A stretch of 64,000 nt of DNA from Epiperipatus broadwayi (GCA_028023455.1 JAQFVV010000006.1:19654001-19718000); one strand, 5' to 3'. Counted from the first letter of the stretch, positions 25,901-38,000 are shown. A program made the numbers and translations. Notes: generated by a model not told the origin, from the letters alone.

Positions 25901-28599
25901 CGGAAAAATCAAAGAAAACATTAGGAGCAAATTAGAAGCAATGTAAATGTCATTTAGATCCCTCCCAGATTTCATGTTATGAATTTTTTAAGAATTTTTT
26001 AGGAAAAATCTTAACGTCTTTCTCAAAATAATGATACTTTCAGCATATTATTAAAAAAATACACCAAAAATACATTATAATGCCAGAAAAATATTCTAAA
26101 ACATTAATCTTTGTTTGAAAATCAAATAAACAGCTTGGAGCAATCTAAACTCTTGACAAGATCTCAAAAATTGTTACTAACGTTGATTTATTTTCCAATG
26201 TACGATCGTGTAAAGTATACAATTTTTTAATAAAACCTTACTACTTTTGTAAAATAACTATATTTTTATCAGATTTTATGAAAATTATTTATAATATGTA
26301 CGAAACATAATAAAAAAAACACTCCAAAATATATATTTTCATTTTAGTAGTGAAAAAATATTTAATGGAATCATCAGTCAATAAGAATTGAGAATAGATT
26401 GAGAATAGATTATCCAACCAATCAAAACTGGCCTTCTTCTTTTGTTCAACTTAAAACCCTCCTAGTATTGATTTTTTACTTGTAAAATAATTCAGAAGAT
26501 GGCAGCATCTTATAGGCCTTGCTCTAAGCTTTAATATGGGTATTTTTTCATCAATGTAACTAAAAAATTGGCTGAGTTAGAGCAATCTAAAGGTGACAAC
26601 CGCGATTTCACAGTTCAGGCTATTTTATTTTAACTGTAATTCCTTTTAAAATCAGCTGGAAAATTAATTGATTTGGTAAATGACATCAGTTTGATCTAAT
26701 TATTTGAAAATCACGTGGTTTAATGACTCTAAATTAAAAGTTAATTATTAGCTTTTATGTAGCCTTAATATAAAAAAATGTCTTACATAAAATAAAAATA
26801 AAAAACTAATATAAAAATTAAAACTTATCTCATTTATCAAAGAATTTTTAAATATTTAATCATAATAATTTTATTCATTTGTTTTCTTTTTAATTAATAT
26901 TATAGTTAAATTATCGATTCATTTTCTTCTTGTATCTCTATGCATGCACACACACAGGATGACCTTACTTAACCTTCACTCGTTAATTATAATTTTTTAA
27001 TGACTACAAATAAAAAAATATTAAAGAATATTATACTAGAAATAACTTTTAACAAAATAAGGCCAATTTACATTAAAGATTAAATTATTATTTGACTGCT
27101 TTAAGAAAACTAAAGATTAATTTTAAATCAATTTGATATTATTTATTTTATTTACAATATTAGTTCAGTTATTAGTTATAAACTAGAAATAAACAAAACC
27201 AAGTTATTTTATGATATAGTTAACATCATCTATTATTATTTTAAATACTAACTTAAATATTTATTTTGAGGAAAATGCTATCCCACATCTTAAACACAAC
27301 TAATTACAAATAGGTGACTTACTTTGCACATATAAAATTTACTAAATATCACAACATTACCAATTATTATTACATCCTATTCATTAATGAACTAATTTCT
27401 TCATTTTTTTTAAATAAATAATTATACAATGGTTTAGCTAATATAAATTCTAGCAGGTATTAGGACCAAGTGAAGTTTCACTTAGGTACAGTATATATGT
27501 AATTAAGCCAATGCCTCGTTAATAAAATTTAAAAATAAATAAGTGCTAAAATCATTATTTAAGTCCACATCTATTTAGTTTATATTTAGTTGAAATTGTT
27601 TATGACAATTAAATGAAATAATATATATATATGTGTGTGCATTTATTTACATGTTAAAAGAAATTATCATGTTTTTTTTCTTAAATGTAAAATGGGCAAT
27701 ATTCTTTATTATAAAATTATGTGTTCATCTCACTATATCTATTTAATAATGTATACATTTAGGGGACAAGAACTCTGTCTCAGCAGGCATATTGCCTCCT
27801 TAGCAATTTACTATTATAATTCATAATTAAGCTTTATATTTAATTAAGATCATAGACATTTTATAGCCTATAAAATATGGTTATCTTGATTTTCACATCA
27901 TTGCTTCTTTTATTAAATTTTAAATACAGGCTTAAATATCCAAGTATGAGTTAGGGCCTTTTGGCCAGTATATCAGTGTTACTTGGTAGAATAATCTGTG
28001 CCTACATACTTCCAATAAATGAATAGATTTCAAGTAATGCTATGTGAGCTGCTAGACGGATAGTTTACTGGTACTAGAAATAGCCATGTTTTTGAGCCGA
28101 TAAATGAGTATTCTATGACGATAGTGATTCATAATGCACGCTCCAGTTCCTGCACATACCATGCTGATGGCGGATGTGTCTACAGAGGAATATATATATA
28201 TTTCTTATTAATCAATAATGGAGATTGGCCTATCCAGCCAATGCCTATAATAATGTAGTCAGTACAGAATTCAAACCCAGATACCACTGTCTTCTGTAAT
28301 TAAGTTTATTAATAATACCTATTAGTAATGCTGTGTGGGATAGATAAACCATATCTATAATGTAATTGTTAATAATAATGGGAGCTAGAATTATGCTTTG
28401 TTCCATAACTTCTGCTGGGATTAATAAAATAAATAATAAAAAAAAATACTTAACTTCCCCTATGTATGTAAACATGCACATCAATTTGATATATATATAT
28501 TTCTGGCCTCTAACTTGATACATAACCAGGTATTGCCTACACTCGACAAATGGCATATTAATTTTATAGTGGCATACTTCTTGATCAAACTGGCATATA

Positions 28600-29040
28600 A
28601 TTTATTTGTAATGCTCATACATGTATCACACTGATATCTAAATATTGTTATATTAACTTCTAGTTTATTAGTAATGCTCAGACACGTATCATATTGATAC
28701 ATAAATGTTGTTATCATTATTAAAACAGTTTCTTTGTAATGCTCATACACATATCACACTGATACACAAATGTTATCATTATCAACATGTAGTTCTTTTG
28801 TAATGCCCATATACGTATCACACTGAATTCTAAATATTGTTGTTATTAACTTCTAGTTCATTTGTAATGTTCATATACGTATCATATTGATACCCAAATA
28901 TTATTATTATCATTATTATTATTAACCCACAGTTCCTTTGTAATGCTCGTTCACATATTATACTGATATCTAAATATTATTATGATTATTAATTTCTAGT
29001 TCATTTGTAATGCTCATACATGGATCAATGAGATCCAAAT
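28600..29040. repeat. Tandem minisatellite, 7 units of 63-76 bp
   Basis: Unit starts (t/a)gtaatg(c/t) at 28607, 28670, 28735, 28799, 28863, 28939 and 29006. Confidence 0.9.
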
Positions 29041-29295
29041 AATATTATTGTTATCCTATATCTTGCTGAAGTTATTAATATGTATATTTATGTTTATACA
29101 CTTGTCGTGTCTTTCTCTGGTTCACCACATCCACCCAACTATATCCACACTTAGTTAAGTGATTTATGAGTCTACTCAAAACCCCTTGAAGTATATAAAA
29201 ATAGTATTCTAAGCACTGTTAGAGTATTAGGTTCTTATGGGAGCTGGTATCTGATCAATTAATTTAGTAACTAATTCATTACTGAGGCTGAGTTT

Positions 29296-29523
29296 AAATC
29301 TGCAGACTCATTGTTTTTACCCTGACCACCAGGACCAAAAGAAAATCATTATCATTACTAGCATAAGAAGAGTTGATTGGATAGTGAAGATTTTGGAGCA
29401 CTGGCAAAGAAGTTAAAGCTTAGTACTGTTCTACGACTACCATATCCCAAACATGATGGGTTTGAAGTACTTTTGCTAGGTCTCTGAATCTTGTTGGCTG
29501 AACACACAATTTTGACTGTTACA
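29296..29523 (+). repeat. 5' LTR, 3'-terminal block (LTR may extend upstream; TATA-like gtatataaaa at ~29191)
   Basis: Roughly 85% identical by eye to 31870-32090; ends gactgttaca. Confidence 0.75.
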
Positions 29524-29545
29524 TGGTTATATTTTTTTATGGGTG

Positions 29546-29565
29546 TGGCACCCAATGTGAGGCTC
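29546..29565 (+). promoter_or_regulatory. Primer-binding site complementary to tRNA-Lys(CUU) 3' end
   Basis: TGGCACCCAATGTGAGGCTC versus TGGCGCCCAACGTGGGGCTC = 17/20; two of the three mismatches are CpG transitions. Confidence 0.8.
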
Positions 29566-30367
29566 TGATATATTTTTTTCCGGGTTTGGCTTCCCAACAT
29601 GGAACTTCGATATAGAAACCCACATACCCTGAGTAATAATTTTGATTTGAACAAAATAATTTTTTTTGTTAAGATGTGTAGAGATATTTTTGTTTTCCAG
29701 GTTTGATACCACAATGTGAGGCAATTAAATTATACCCCACATCCATGAAAGATAGTTTATTTTTCCAAGCTTGTTGCATAAATTTTGATGTTTTATCGGA
29801 TAGTGGTTAGTGACATGGCGCCCAGAGATAATCTTTAAAAAAAATTCAGGTTACTCTAAATAAATTGTCATCAGTCAGGAGTTTGATAATCACAGTGGAT
29901 ATTACTGACTTTGTTGCATGGATTGGTGATGATGGGGACACATAGACTGATGTGGATATAAACAAAAGATAACACAAGGGTAATAAAGTGAGATGATGGT
30001 GTAAAAGGTATCAACAAATTCTAATAGTTTGTCTAGGTGTAGTAGAGCAACCAATTTGTAAGCAAGGGGGCAGTGACAGATCTTAAGAGGGTAAGATAAA
30101 TTTATATATATATATATATATATCTTTATATATCTATGTTCTAGATTTTATTTTAATTATACATGTAAAATTTATCTCAAGTAAATAGTAGTAGATAGGC
30201 AGGTATGGACTTATTATGAATATAGGGAAAAGAATAGGCAAGGTATGGAAATGATAAAGAAGAGGATGAAGATGCAATGGGAGATTGGTAAGAGGGGAAG
30301 ATATAACATTTTATGAAAAAATAATAGTACAAAGAGAATTGTTTAGATGAAGAGATAGTTGTAGAAA

Positions 30368-30650
30368 ATGGAAGGCCATTATAGTATAAGTAAAAAAATG
30401 GGAGTGGTGCTTCAAGACGTATACCAGCTACTGATGACCATGAGGATAGAGTTCAACCAGATAGCAGAGGAAATGAGTGAATTCAGAAAGGGGGCTGAGG
30501 AACTAAACAAAAGAGTAGATAATCTGGGAAATGCTCTATGGGGGAACTTTGAGACCATCCATGAAGAAATGCAGAATGTACAAGGACATCAGTGGGAGGA
30601 CATAAGGACCTTGCAACATGATCAAGTGGAAAATATTGAGACAGTATTCC
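30368..30650 (+). pseudogene. Gag-like coiled-coil ORF segment of the LTR element
   Basis: Heptad-like helical sequence (FNQIAEEMSEFRKGAEELNKRVDNL) placed downstream of the PBS. No diagnostic gag motif seen; call is positional. Confidence 0.5.
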
Positions 30651-30654
30651 AAGT

Positions 30655-31495
30655 AATGATTCAAGTACCACCAATTGAATTTGTTCAGGTATTACCAAAG
30701 GTTGAAGCTATTGAAAAACAATGCTAAATAAGTGTGTGAAACTTCTAGTGAAAAAGATGTTGTAGAATGGCAGAAACACACTCTTACAGAGGGAGAGAAT
30801 ACAACTTTATTGCTGAAGATAGAAAAAGAATATTGATCACGAATTAGGTTACTATGGATGATGCAGGAAGATATGGTTATTCCATTGATAAAAAATATTA
30901 CAACATCTGAAATCAAAGACTTAGTCAAACCAAAAGCTCCAACTACTTCACAGGTAGTCAATTATGATAAACCTGCAATTACAATCAAATGGGATGAACC
31001 TGAGGAGGATGGTGGCAGTTCTATATTTAATTATGTCATTGAAAGATGTGATAATGTTGGTTTAAGGTTACATTCAATGCTGGTTTTGAAATAAATGAAA
31101 CTACTATACTGTAACAAGCTTAATTGAAGATTTTAGAGTATTGAAATTAATGAAACTTACTATATTGTAACAAGCTTAATTGAAGATTTAGAGTATGAGT
31201 TCAGAGTGATTGCTCAAAATGCTGCAAGTATGGTAAAGCCCTCATCCCCAACCCCTATCTATGATAAAAAATTAAATGGTTAATGTTTATATTCGTAAGG
31301 ATGTTACTCTTCAGTGCAAATTTAAAAGTGATCCTTTGCCTACAGTCATGTGGTGTATGGATGGAAAGGGACTTGAATCTAGCAATAAACACTTGATGAC
31401 TTGTATAAAAGCTATAACAATGATTATTGTTAAAGCTAGCATTGAAGATTCTGGAGAGTATGTCAGTGAAGAAAAAAATCATGTGGGAAATAAGT
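30655..31495 (+). pseudogene. Intron-less titin/twitchin/projectin-family fragment (Ig - Fn3 - Ig I-set), disrupted
   Basis: Ig1: PPIEFVQVLPKVEAIEK..CE....VEWQK..YNFIAEDRKRILI..VTMDDAGRY. Fn3: PKAP..VVNYDKPAITIKWDEPEEDGGSSIFNYVIERC..EYEFRVIAQNA. Ig2: VTLQCKFKSDPLPTVMW.MDGKGL..EDSGEY..N.VG. Frameshifts and stops present, no introns between domains. Confidence 0.88.
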
Positions 31496-31499
31496 GCTG

Positions 31500-31850
31500 G
31501 AGTTGGGTAGAACCCATTAATCATATTGTTAATCAGGCCACTAACTATATGCCAATCTGCCTTCATTTTGGTCATAATTTCCTGAGTATGATTAAAACCC
31601 TGCTATCAACAGAGGGAATGAAAATTGATAAAGGTCTTGGAACACCTAAAGAGAACTGCAGGAAAACAAAGAAAGAGGGTCATACAACCATACCATTTCC
31701 CAATGGGTGACCAGATGTGGGTATGCATGCTATGTGTTAGGGATTCATGGCAGAATCAATGTAAGAAATTCTCTCCACTATATTGTCGGTCTTTCAAGAT
31801 AAGAAAGCTTTGTGAAAAAAATCCATTTCTCATTCAGGACCATAAGGGCA
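31500..31850 (+). pseudogene. Gypsy integrase C-terminal region (end of core plus GPY/F SH3-like motif)
   Basis: INHIVNQATNYMPICLHFG resembles N..H..T.YTP..L.FG; FPMGDQMWV..KKFSPLYCRSFKIRK..NPFLIQD resembles F.VGD.V...KL.P.Y.GPF.I..N.Y. Confidence 0.8.
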
Positions 31851-31869
31851 TCAGGGGAACACATAATCC

Positions 31870-32090
31870 ATAGAGTCCTTGTTTTACCCTGACCACCAGG
31901 CCCGAAAGAAAATGATTACCATTAGTAGCAAATGGAGCGTTGATTGGATGGTGGAGGTTATAGAGCACTGGCAAATAGGTTAAAGCTTAGTACTGTTCTG
32001 CAACTACCATATTCCAAACTTGCTGGGTTTGAAGTACTTTTGCTAGGTTTCTGAATCTTGTTGGCTGAACACACGATTCTGATTGTTACT
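31870..32090 (+). repeat. 3' LTR block
   Basis: Direct repeat of 29296-29523; homology stops exactly at gattgttac(t). Confidence 0.75.
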
Positions 32091-33395
32091 ATATATTCAC
32101 ATATGCTATATTGTATGACATGAGATGCATAACCATCTCAATATATATATATTAATTGCAGGTAAATGATTCTTACTGCAGAACAAACAAGAATAAGCAT
32201 AAGAAGTACTTATGAGCAGATAGTTGTAAAATACAAAAGTCTTTATAAAAAGCTTTTAATTATTAAAACAATATCCAGAGTTGAACTAAAACCTAAGTGA
32301 GATGTCATTCATTTACAGTTCAATTTTTTTTTCTTCCTTTGTTTAACACAAAACAGCATTTTAATTGCATCATTTGCCATTAACAAAATCAATAGTTTGG
32401 AACTTCAGCATTAAATAATATATTTCAAACTTACAAATTCAGAACTGTTTAATGATTCTGTCACTAAAATAACTTTCCTAGGGAAAAAAAATTATAATGG
32501 AGAAAAAACAAGCACTGTATTTTTAAATCAATTTAATAGGGGCATGTGCTAAATATAAACTGTCAACTTCTTTTTATACAAATTATTTTATTAAAAATAT
32601 AGAAATTGCTAACTATAATTTTTTTTAAACAAAAAAATAAATAATACACATAACCTCAATAATAATAAAGGAAATTAGTTTATTACATATAACCTTGCTA
32701 ATTCAGAGAGGAAATGTCAATGAAATTTATATGGTTACCATAAATGTAAAATCCAATATTCATACTATAGTGAATGAAAATGCAATTTAAAATAGTTTCC
32801 GCCTACTGACTTTCTTTGTAAAAGGACTACTGCTAGATACCCTGATGCTATCAGTTTTTTGTGTAGAAAAAAGAAATTATGGAACATTATATTAGGTGTT
32901 AATCCTTACAATTCCATTATAACCTAATATGTATCACCATTCCTGAATATAAGAATAACTATCCTCATCTTTTCTACCATTTTGTGTGATGTTACTTCAT
33001 CAAACATCTAGAAAATTTCAATCACTGTTTTTAAATAAGTATAATAAAATAAATATCAAAAATCAGACTTTAGCCCCACTGTCTGATATCCTTACTGGTA
33101 CCACTGTAGTTACATGACCTGACTCAAAAACTAGGGTTTGTTTTTCCATACATACTATATTTGTGAAAAATTAATTTTCTAATATGTAGTATATTTCTTA
33201 TAGCTATTTGATTATGTAAATAAGTTACCAGTTCTCAACATAATTATTATATTTTACCTGATACTGAAGCTATACACATATATCCACATGTGTGCTAGAC
33301 CATTCACTGTTTAACTACTGACCCTAAAGTTAATTACAGTGAATGGATATTAAAAATAAATTATAAAATATTTAGTGAAATTTATCTGTATATAT

Positions 33396-34120
33396 AATTA
33401 AATTCCAACCAGTAACCACCTAAACATTCACAGTAAAATATAGTAATCAATATTTCTCACTGCTGTCTCAAGGCAACCTTCACACCTTCCATTCTTACTA
33501 ATGGTCCACTGAATATATATGGACACTTAAAGCTTGCAACTTGACTACAGAGTATGAAATATTGATACAATGAAGTTTAAATAAACCTCTTTTTTTTTTA
33601 AGTGTCACAGCATTGGCCGGGACGCAAACCCGCAACCCGGGCAACTGCCTGCAAGGCAGTCGCGCTGACCTTTCGACCACCAATGCAGGTAATAAACCTC
33701 TTTAAACATGTCACTGCAATGCAGACTAATAAATAGTCAATTAACATTACAAACTGCAATACTTTTAAATTGCCCATGTATTATTTAGAAATAATAAGCA
33801 AAATAGTGCCTAAAGCTAATCAGGGATAATGATGTAATTAAATTCCAACCAGTAACCACCTAAACATTCACAGTAAAATATAGTAATCAATATTTTCTCA
33901 CTGCTGTCAAGGAAACTTTCACATCTTTTAATAGCAAGAATGGAAATCCATTCTTACTAATGGTACATTGAATATATATGGACACTTAAAAGCTTGCAAC
34001 TTGACTACAGAGTATGAAATATTGATACAATGAAGTTTAAATAAACCTCTTTAAACATGAAATAAACATGTCATTGTAATGCAGACTAATAAATAGTCAA
34101 TTAACATTACAAACTGCAAT
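33396..34120. repeat. Near-tandem duplication (33396-~33770 and 33835-34120)
   Basis: Both copies start taattaaattccaaccagtaaccacc and are highly similar; copy 1 holds a SINE insertion, copy 2 is cut by an LTR at 34125. Confidence 0.92.
33593..33690 (-). mobile_element. tRNA-Gly-derived short SINE with poly(A) tail and 13-bp TSD
   Basis: Minus strand GCATTGGTGGTC..CCCGGCCAATGC (acceptor stem as in tRNA-Gly-GCC), then TGTGACACTT and an A tail; TSD aataaacctcttt at 33580-33592 and 33691-33703. Confidence 0.9.
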
Positions 34121-34124
34121 ATAT

Positions 34125-35087
34125 TGTACCGGTCGAAAATGTATGTCCATCCAACAAGATTTAGAATCTAGGCAAAAGTACCCCGAATCCAATCATGTGC
34201 GAGATACACAAGTCAGGAGCAATCATGAATTCTAACCTATTTGCCCATTCCCCAAATTACATTCCGGCCCGGTGCTACATTTTACATGAGACTCAACTGG
34301 TGATGATGATGAGAGATTGAGTGAACCCAAGATATTAAATTACGAGTATACATAAATATAAATATCAATAATGAGATTCGAACAACTCAACTGGATTAAG
34401 TTTAAAATATAAATGTTTATTTGAACATAATTGATAATGAGTTTAGATATATATAATTGACTCTATGCATATAAAACTGTTTTGATTATACACATTAAAT
34501 AATATTATTAAGATTATATTGATATTGACAAATATTAAGTTAGTGCGGCGGATACAAGAGACGGATTTGTCGAGTGGTTTGGTGGCCGTTTTATACATAA
34601 AAATACATTTATAAAGATATAATCGAGTTTCGCTCATTAAAAGATTTTAATACATAAGTTTATTGTTTTTATTTAGATATTTCATTTATAATAATTACAA
34701 TGCGGATCCATTTTTGATCGGCAGTATAAAACATTATTTCTTCTATATTTTCAACATTTAATGATGGGATTATAGCAAAAATTCAATATTTGCAGGGAAA
34801 GTTTATTTCAGTAAAGAGGGAGGGCAGCTTCGTGAGAAGTTGGGTTTAAACACCAACAAACAGAGAGAAAACAGAACGTTTTATTATCGCATATTATTAT
34901 GATTTTACTTTGCTAAACAGGCTGAAACTAACTATAAAAAATGGCGGTGCTAGCATAATATCATCGAGACGAAATGCACAATTGGCCAGGATAAGGTCAT
35001 TCTCCAATTTTTCCTTTTGTTCTTGTTATTTTATACCTATAATGCATTTATATAAGCATTATATGTAGCCAACTAAATGTTATTTCA
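34125..35087 (-). mobile_element. LTR of the 29.3-kb family in reverse orientation (probable solo LTR; far end uncertain)
   Basis: 34125-34210 (tgtaccggtcgaaaatgtatgtccatccaacaagatttagaatctaggcaaaagtac) aligns to the reverse complement of 29440-29523. Possible tatat TSD at 34120-34124/35088-35092 is weak because it lies in TA repeats. Confidence 0.55.
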
Positions 35088-38000
35088 TATATATATAATG
35101 GTGATATGGGTATTCTAGCAATCAAAGTTTTTTTTTCTTCTTGTTATATATATAGAATGTTAGCATAACTACAAAATATCAATGGGTCTTTTCCTCTTCA
35201 TTATTTATTAATTTGATTTGGAATATATAATGGTGAGAAGTTGGATGACCCATTTAAATTAAAATTTTAGTTTTACCCTCATCCCGCTATTTAAGGGGTA
35301 ACCCATTTGTTTAAGTTATAGAATTTATTTTTGATTCTAAGAAAACTTTCATCCACCTTCTTCAGCATTTGCTTAATTATATGATTTTTGAAAGAGAAAG
35401 AGATATGCATTGTAATTTTATTTATTCATTTCATCATATGTAGTTAAACTATATATTTCTTTTCTAATTGCACTATGAGAAAGATGCTTATATATGTGTG
35501 TGTGTTTATTTAACTTACTAATTTGTTTTTAAAAAAGAAAGGTATCTTGCAATCTTGATCTTTGTCTATATATATTATACATAATTAAACAAATGCTTAT
35601 TATTCAAATATGTTATTGGAAGACACTAGTTTATATATGCCTCTGTTAATATAATTAAGTTGTAAAAGAAAAAATATACAGCAATTTTGTATCTATGGGT
35701 GTATAAATAGTTAAACCAGGATAATTTACTAATTAACTACACTATGGATAACATGCTAATATAATCATGTATCTATTTAATTTAATGATCTTTAAAAAAA
35801 AGGTTATTTAATTTTTTGTATAACAGATTTTCTTTATTGCATAGTAGCATACATTGATTATATATTTTCACGTTGAATTGTAATCAGGCTTTAATATTGA
35901 GGTCATTTGATCATATTTAAGCCCAGTAGTACTTAGTGATAGTATCATGTCTTTGTGTTCTTTCCTTTTATTTGCGTTAAATTACTTCATTCACCATTCC
36001 CTAAATACTGGAGATAACAGTCACATGGAGTGAACTCCTAATAAATGAGCAAATAGAAAATGGATATAAGGCTATCACAACACACTTCATTTCTAAACTC
36101 AAGTCAACTAAGGATAATGAGTTCCTTCCTTTAAGTAATGATTACTAGAAATAATGCAGCTATCCACAAAACAATGAAGATGCTATGGTAGTAGCGATAT
36201 GGAATTATATATATTGTACCAATATTGAAATTGGCACATATTAATTTTATTTTTAAAAAAATATATATTAAAAATAATAAATAACTTATAAAAATCCAAA
36301 AGGTTTCTTTAGTAAACAAAATCAGTTTGCTGTCAAAAGTAAAATTAAAAATCGGAGTTTTAAAATAAAAATCTTTTGTGAAAGTTTTTGAAATAAAAGT
36401 TACAATTAATTAATTAGAAGGGGAGAGGGGTGTTTCGTTAGAAAAGTCAAACTAAAAGTTTTATAAAAGGAAGTAGAGTTTTTCTTATTACTATTCGTAA
36501 AATATAAATAATTAAAAGCTTCAAAATACAAATCTCTTTTCATTCGGAATTAAAGAACAGTAATCTTAAAATTAGTTATAAATGTGCGTGCGAGTGTAAA
36601 TAAATGTATGCGTGCTAGAATATTATTAAAAAATATATAAATGAAAGTTAGAAAGAAATTATATTTGGAAAACACAGTGATGGCTATTAAGTTAAATAAT
36701 GATTTAAAAAAACCTCACCAGTGGTGGGCTACTGATTAAATATAAAAACAACCCGTTTATGAAAGCTACTACTAATTAAACAATCTTCAAAAAGACGTTG
36801 TCAAAGGATTAGGAATTTCGACAACACACATTGCCGGAGGATATTAAAACAAAAACACTTTGCATATATAAATAGCCAGATTTTTATCGGACGTCAGTTT
36901 CAGCCTAGTTTCCAGTGACAGTCTTGTTTCAGTTCAGATAACAGTGCAGTTTATATTATGTATCCAGAAACAGAAATGCGGTGCTGAGCAGCTTTTGGGA
37001 ATATACACTCTTACTTCAGCCCTTTAGTCCAACAAGATCATCAAAACCCACCCATGAAATAATGTCTGCATAACAGCTCAGAAATCCTTGCCAATGTTCA
37101 ACTGTCTCCAGGAATAAAACCAAGCGGATTAGCATCAAATCTCTTCAAGAAACGTCAAATCTAACCGGTTAGATATACTCCGTCAGAAGCAGCCAACAAC
37201 AAGCAATATCCACGTTCCAAAAATCCTAGGTAAAACATTATATTGTTCTCTTTTATATATAGTAGCCACCGCTGTAATTCGTAAATCCTACAGAGACAAG
37301 TAATTTGGATTCTATATCATACATAAAATGAACTATTGATATGTGTGTTTAAGTTTCAAATGCTATGTAATACTTTATTATTATATATGTGAGTGTATGA
37401 GTTAACATGTGCGTGATCATTATATGTGTTATTAGTTAAATTAGATAAATACCAGTGTTATATTATTAAAATCTACAAGAATATTTAAACTAGTTTAGAA
37501 ATGTTAATTTAAAATATGTGTGTGTTTTATTAGAATTATAAAATGTTTAAAATTAGTAAATAAATTGTCTTTAAAATTAAACTTTATTTGTCGGTCAATT
37601 CTTTTTATAAATTCCTTTTACAACTCTTTTATCAATTCTTTTAACCACTAATTATGTATAATCTATTAGTGATTACAAACAGCTGAGCTAGTCATGGATA
37701 TTTAGGCGTTGAGTTAGTGACCATTGCTCAAAGCGCATTATTTATTCATTCTTGGATAATTAACTAGCGCCCGTGTTTATACACAAACAAAAAAAAAGTG
37801 CTTTGAACTCTGGTGTTGAACTCAACAGTCGAGAAGAAGTTATGTCCTGGAAATGTAACGCTAGTTATATATTTTATAGCTATCGTTTGGGCATACATAC
37901 TCTCCGAGTATGTTATTCTCTGCCTAAAAGGCCGGTGTTTCAAAAGACACATATTCGAACCCGGTACAATATATGTTTATTAAGTACCATGTTTAGTCAT

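Larger units (their letters stand above)
29296..32090 (+). mobile_element. Non-autonomous Gypsy/Ty3-type LTR retroelement carrying a captured titin-family fragment
   Basis: Direct repeats ~29300-29523 and ~31870-32090 both end TGTTAC(A/T); tRNA-Lys PBS; gag-like ORF; integrase C-terminal motifs; Ig/Fn3 insert between them. No TSD or clean PPT identified. Confidence 0.8.

Noticed and set aside
28600-29040. CRISPR-like repeat array
   Set aside because: Whole units are homologous with no unique spacers, there are no cas genes, and the context is eukaryotic.
30655-31495. Exons of a functional titin/twitchin gene
   Set aside because: Frameshifts, stops, a 55-bp duplication, no splice sites between domains, and retroelement sequence on both sides.
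33610-33686. Functional tRNA-Gly gene
   Set aside because: D and T loops and anticodon are non-canonical, the anticodon differs from the 41.9-kb copy, and there is a poly(A) tail and TSD: it is a SINE.
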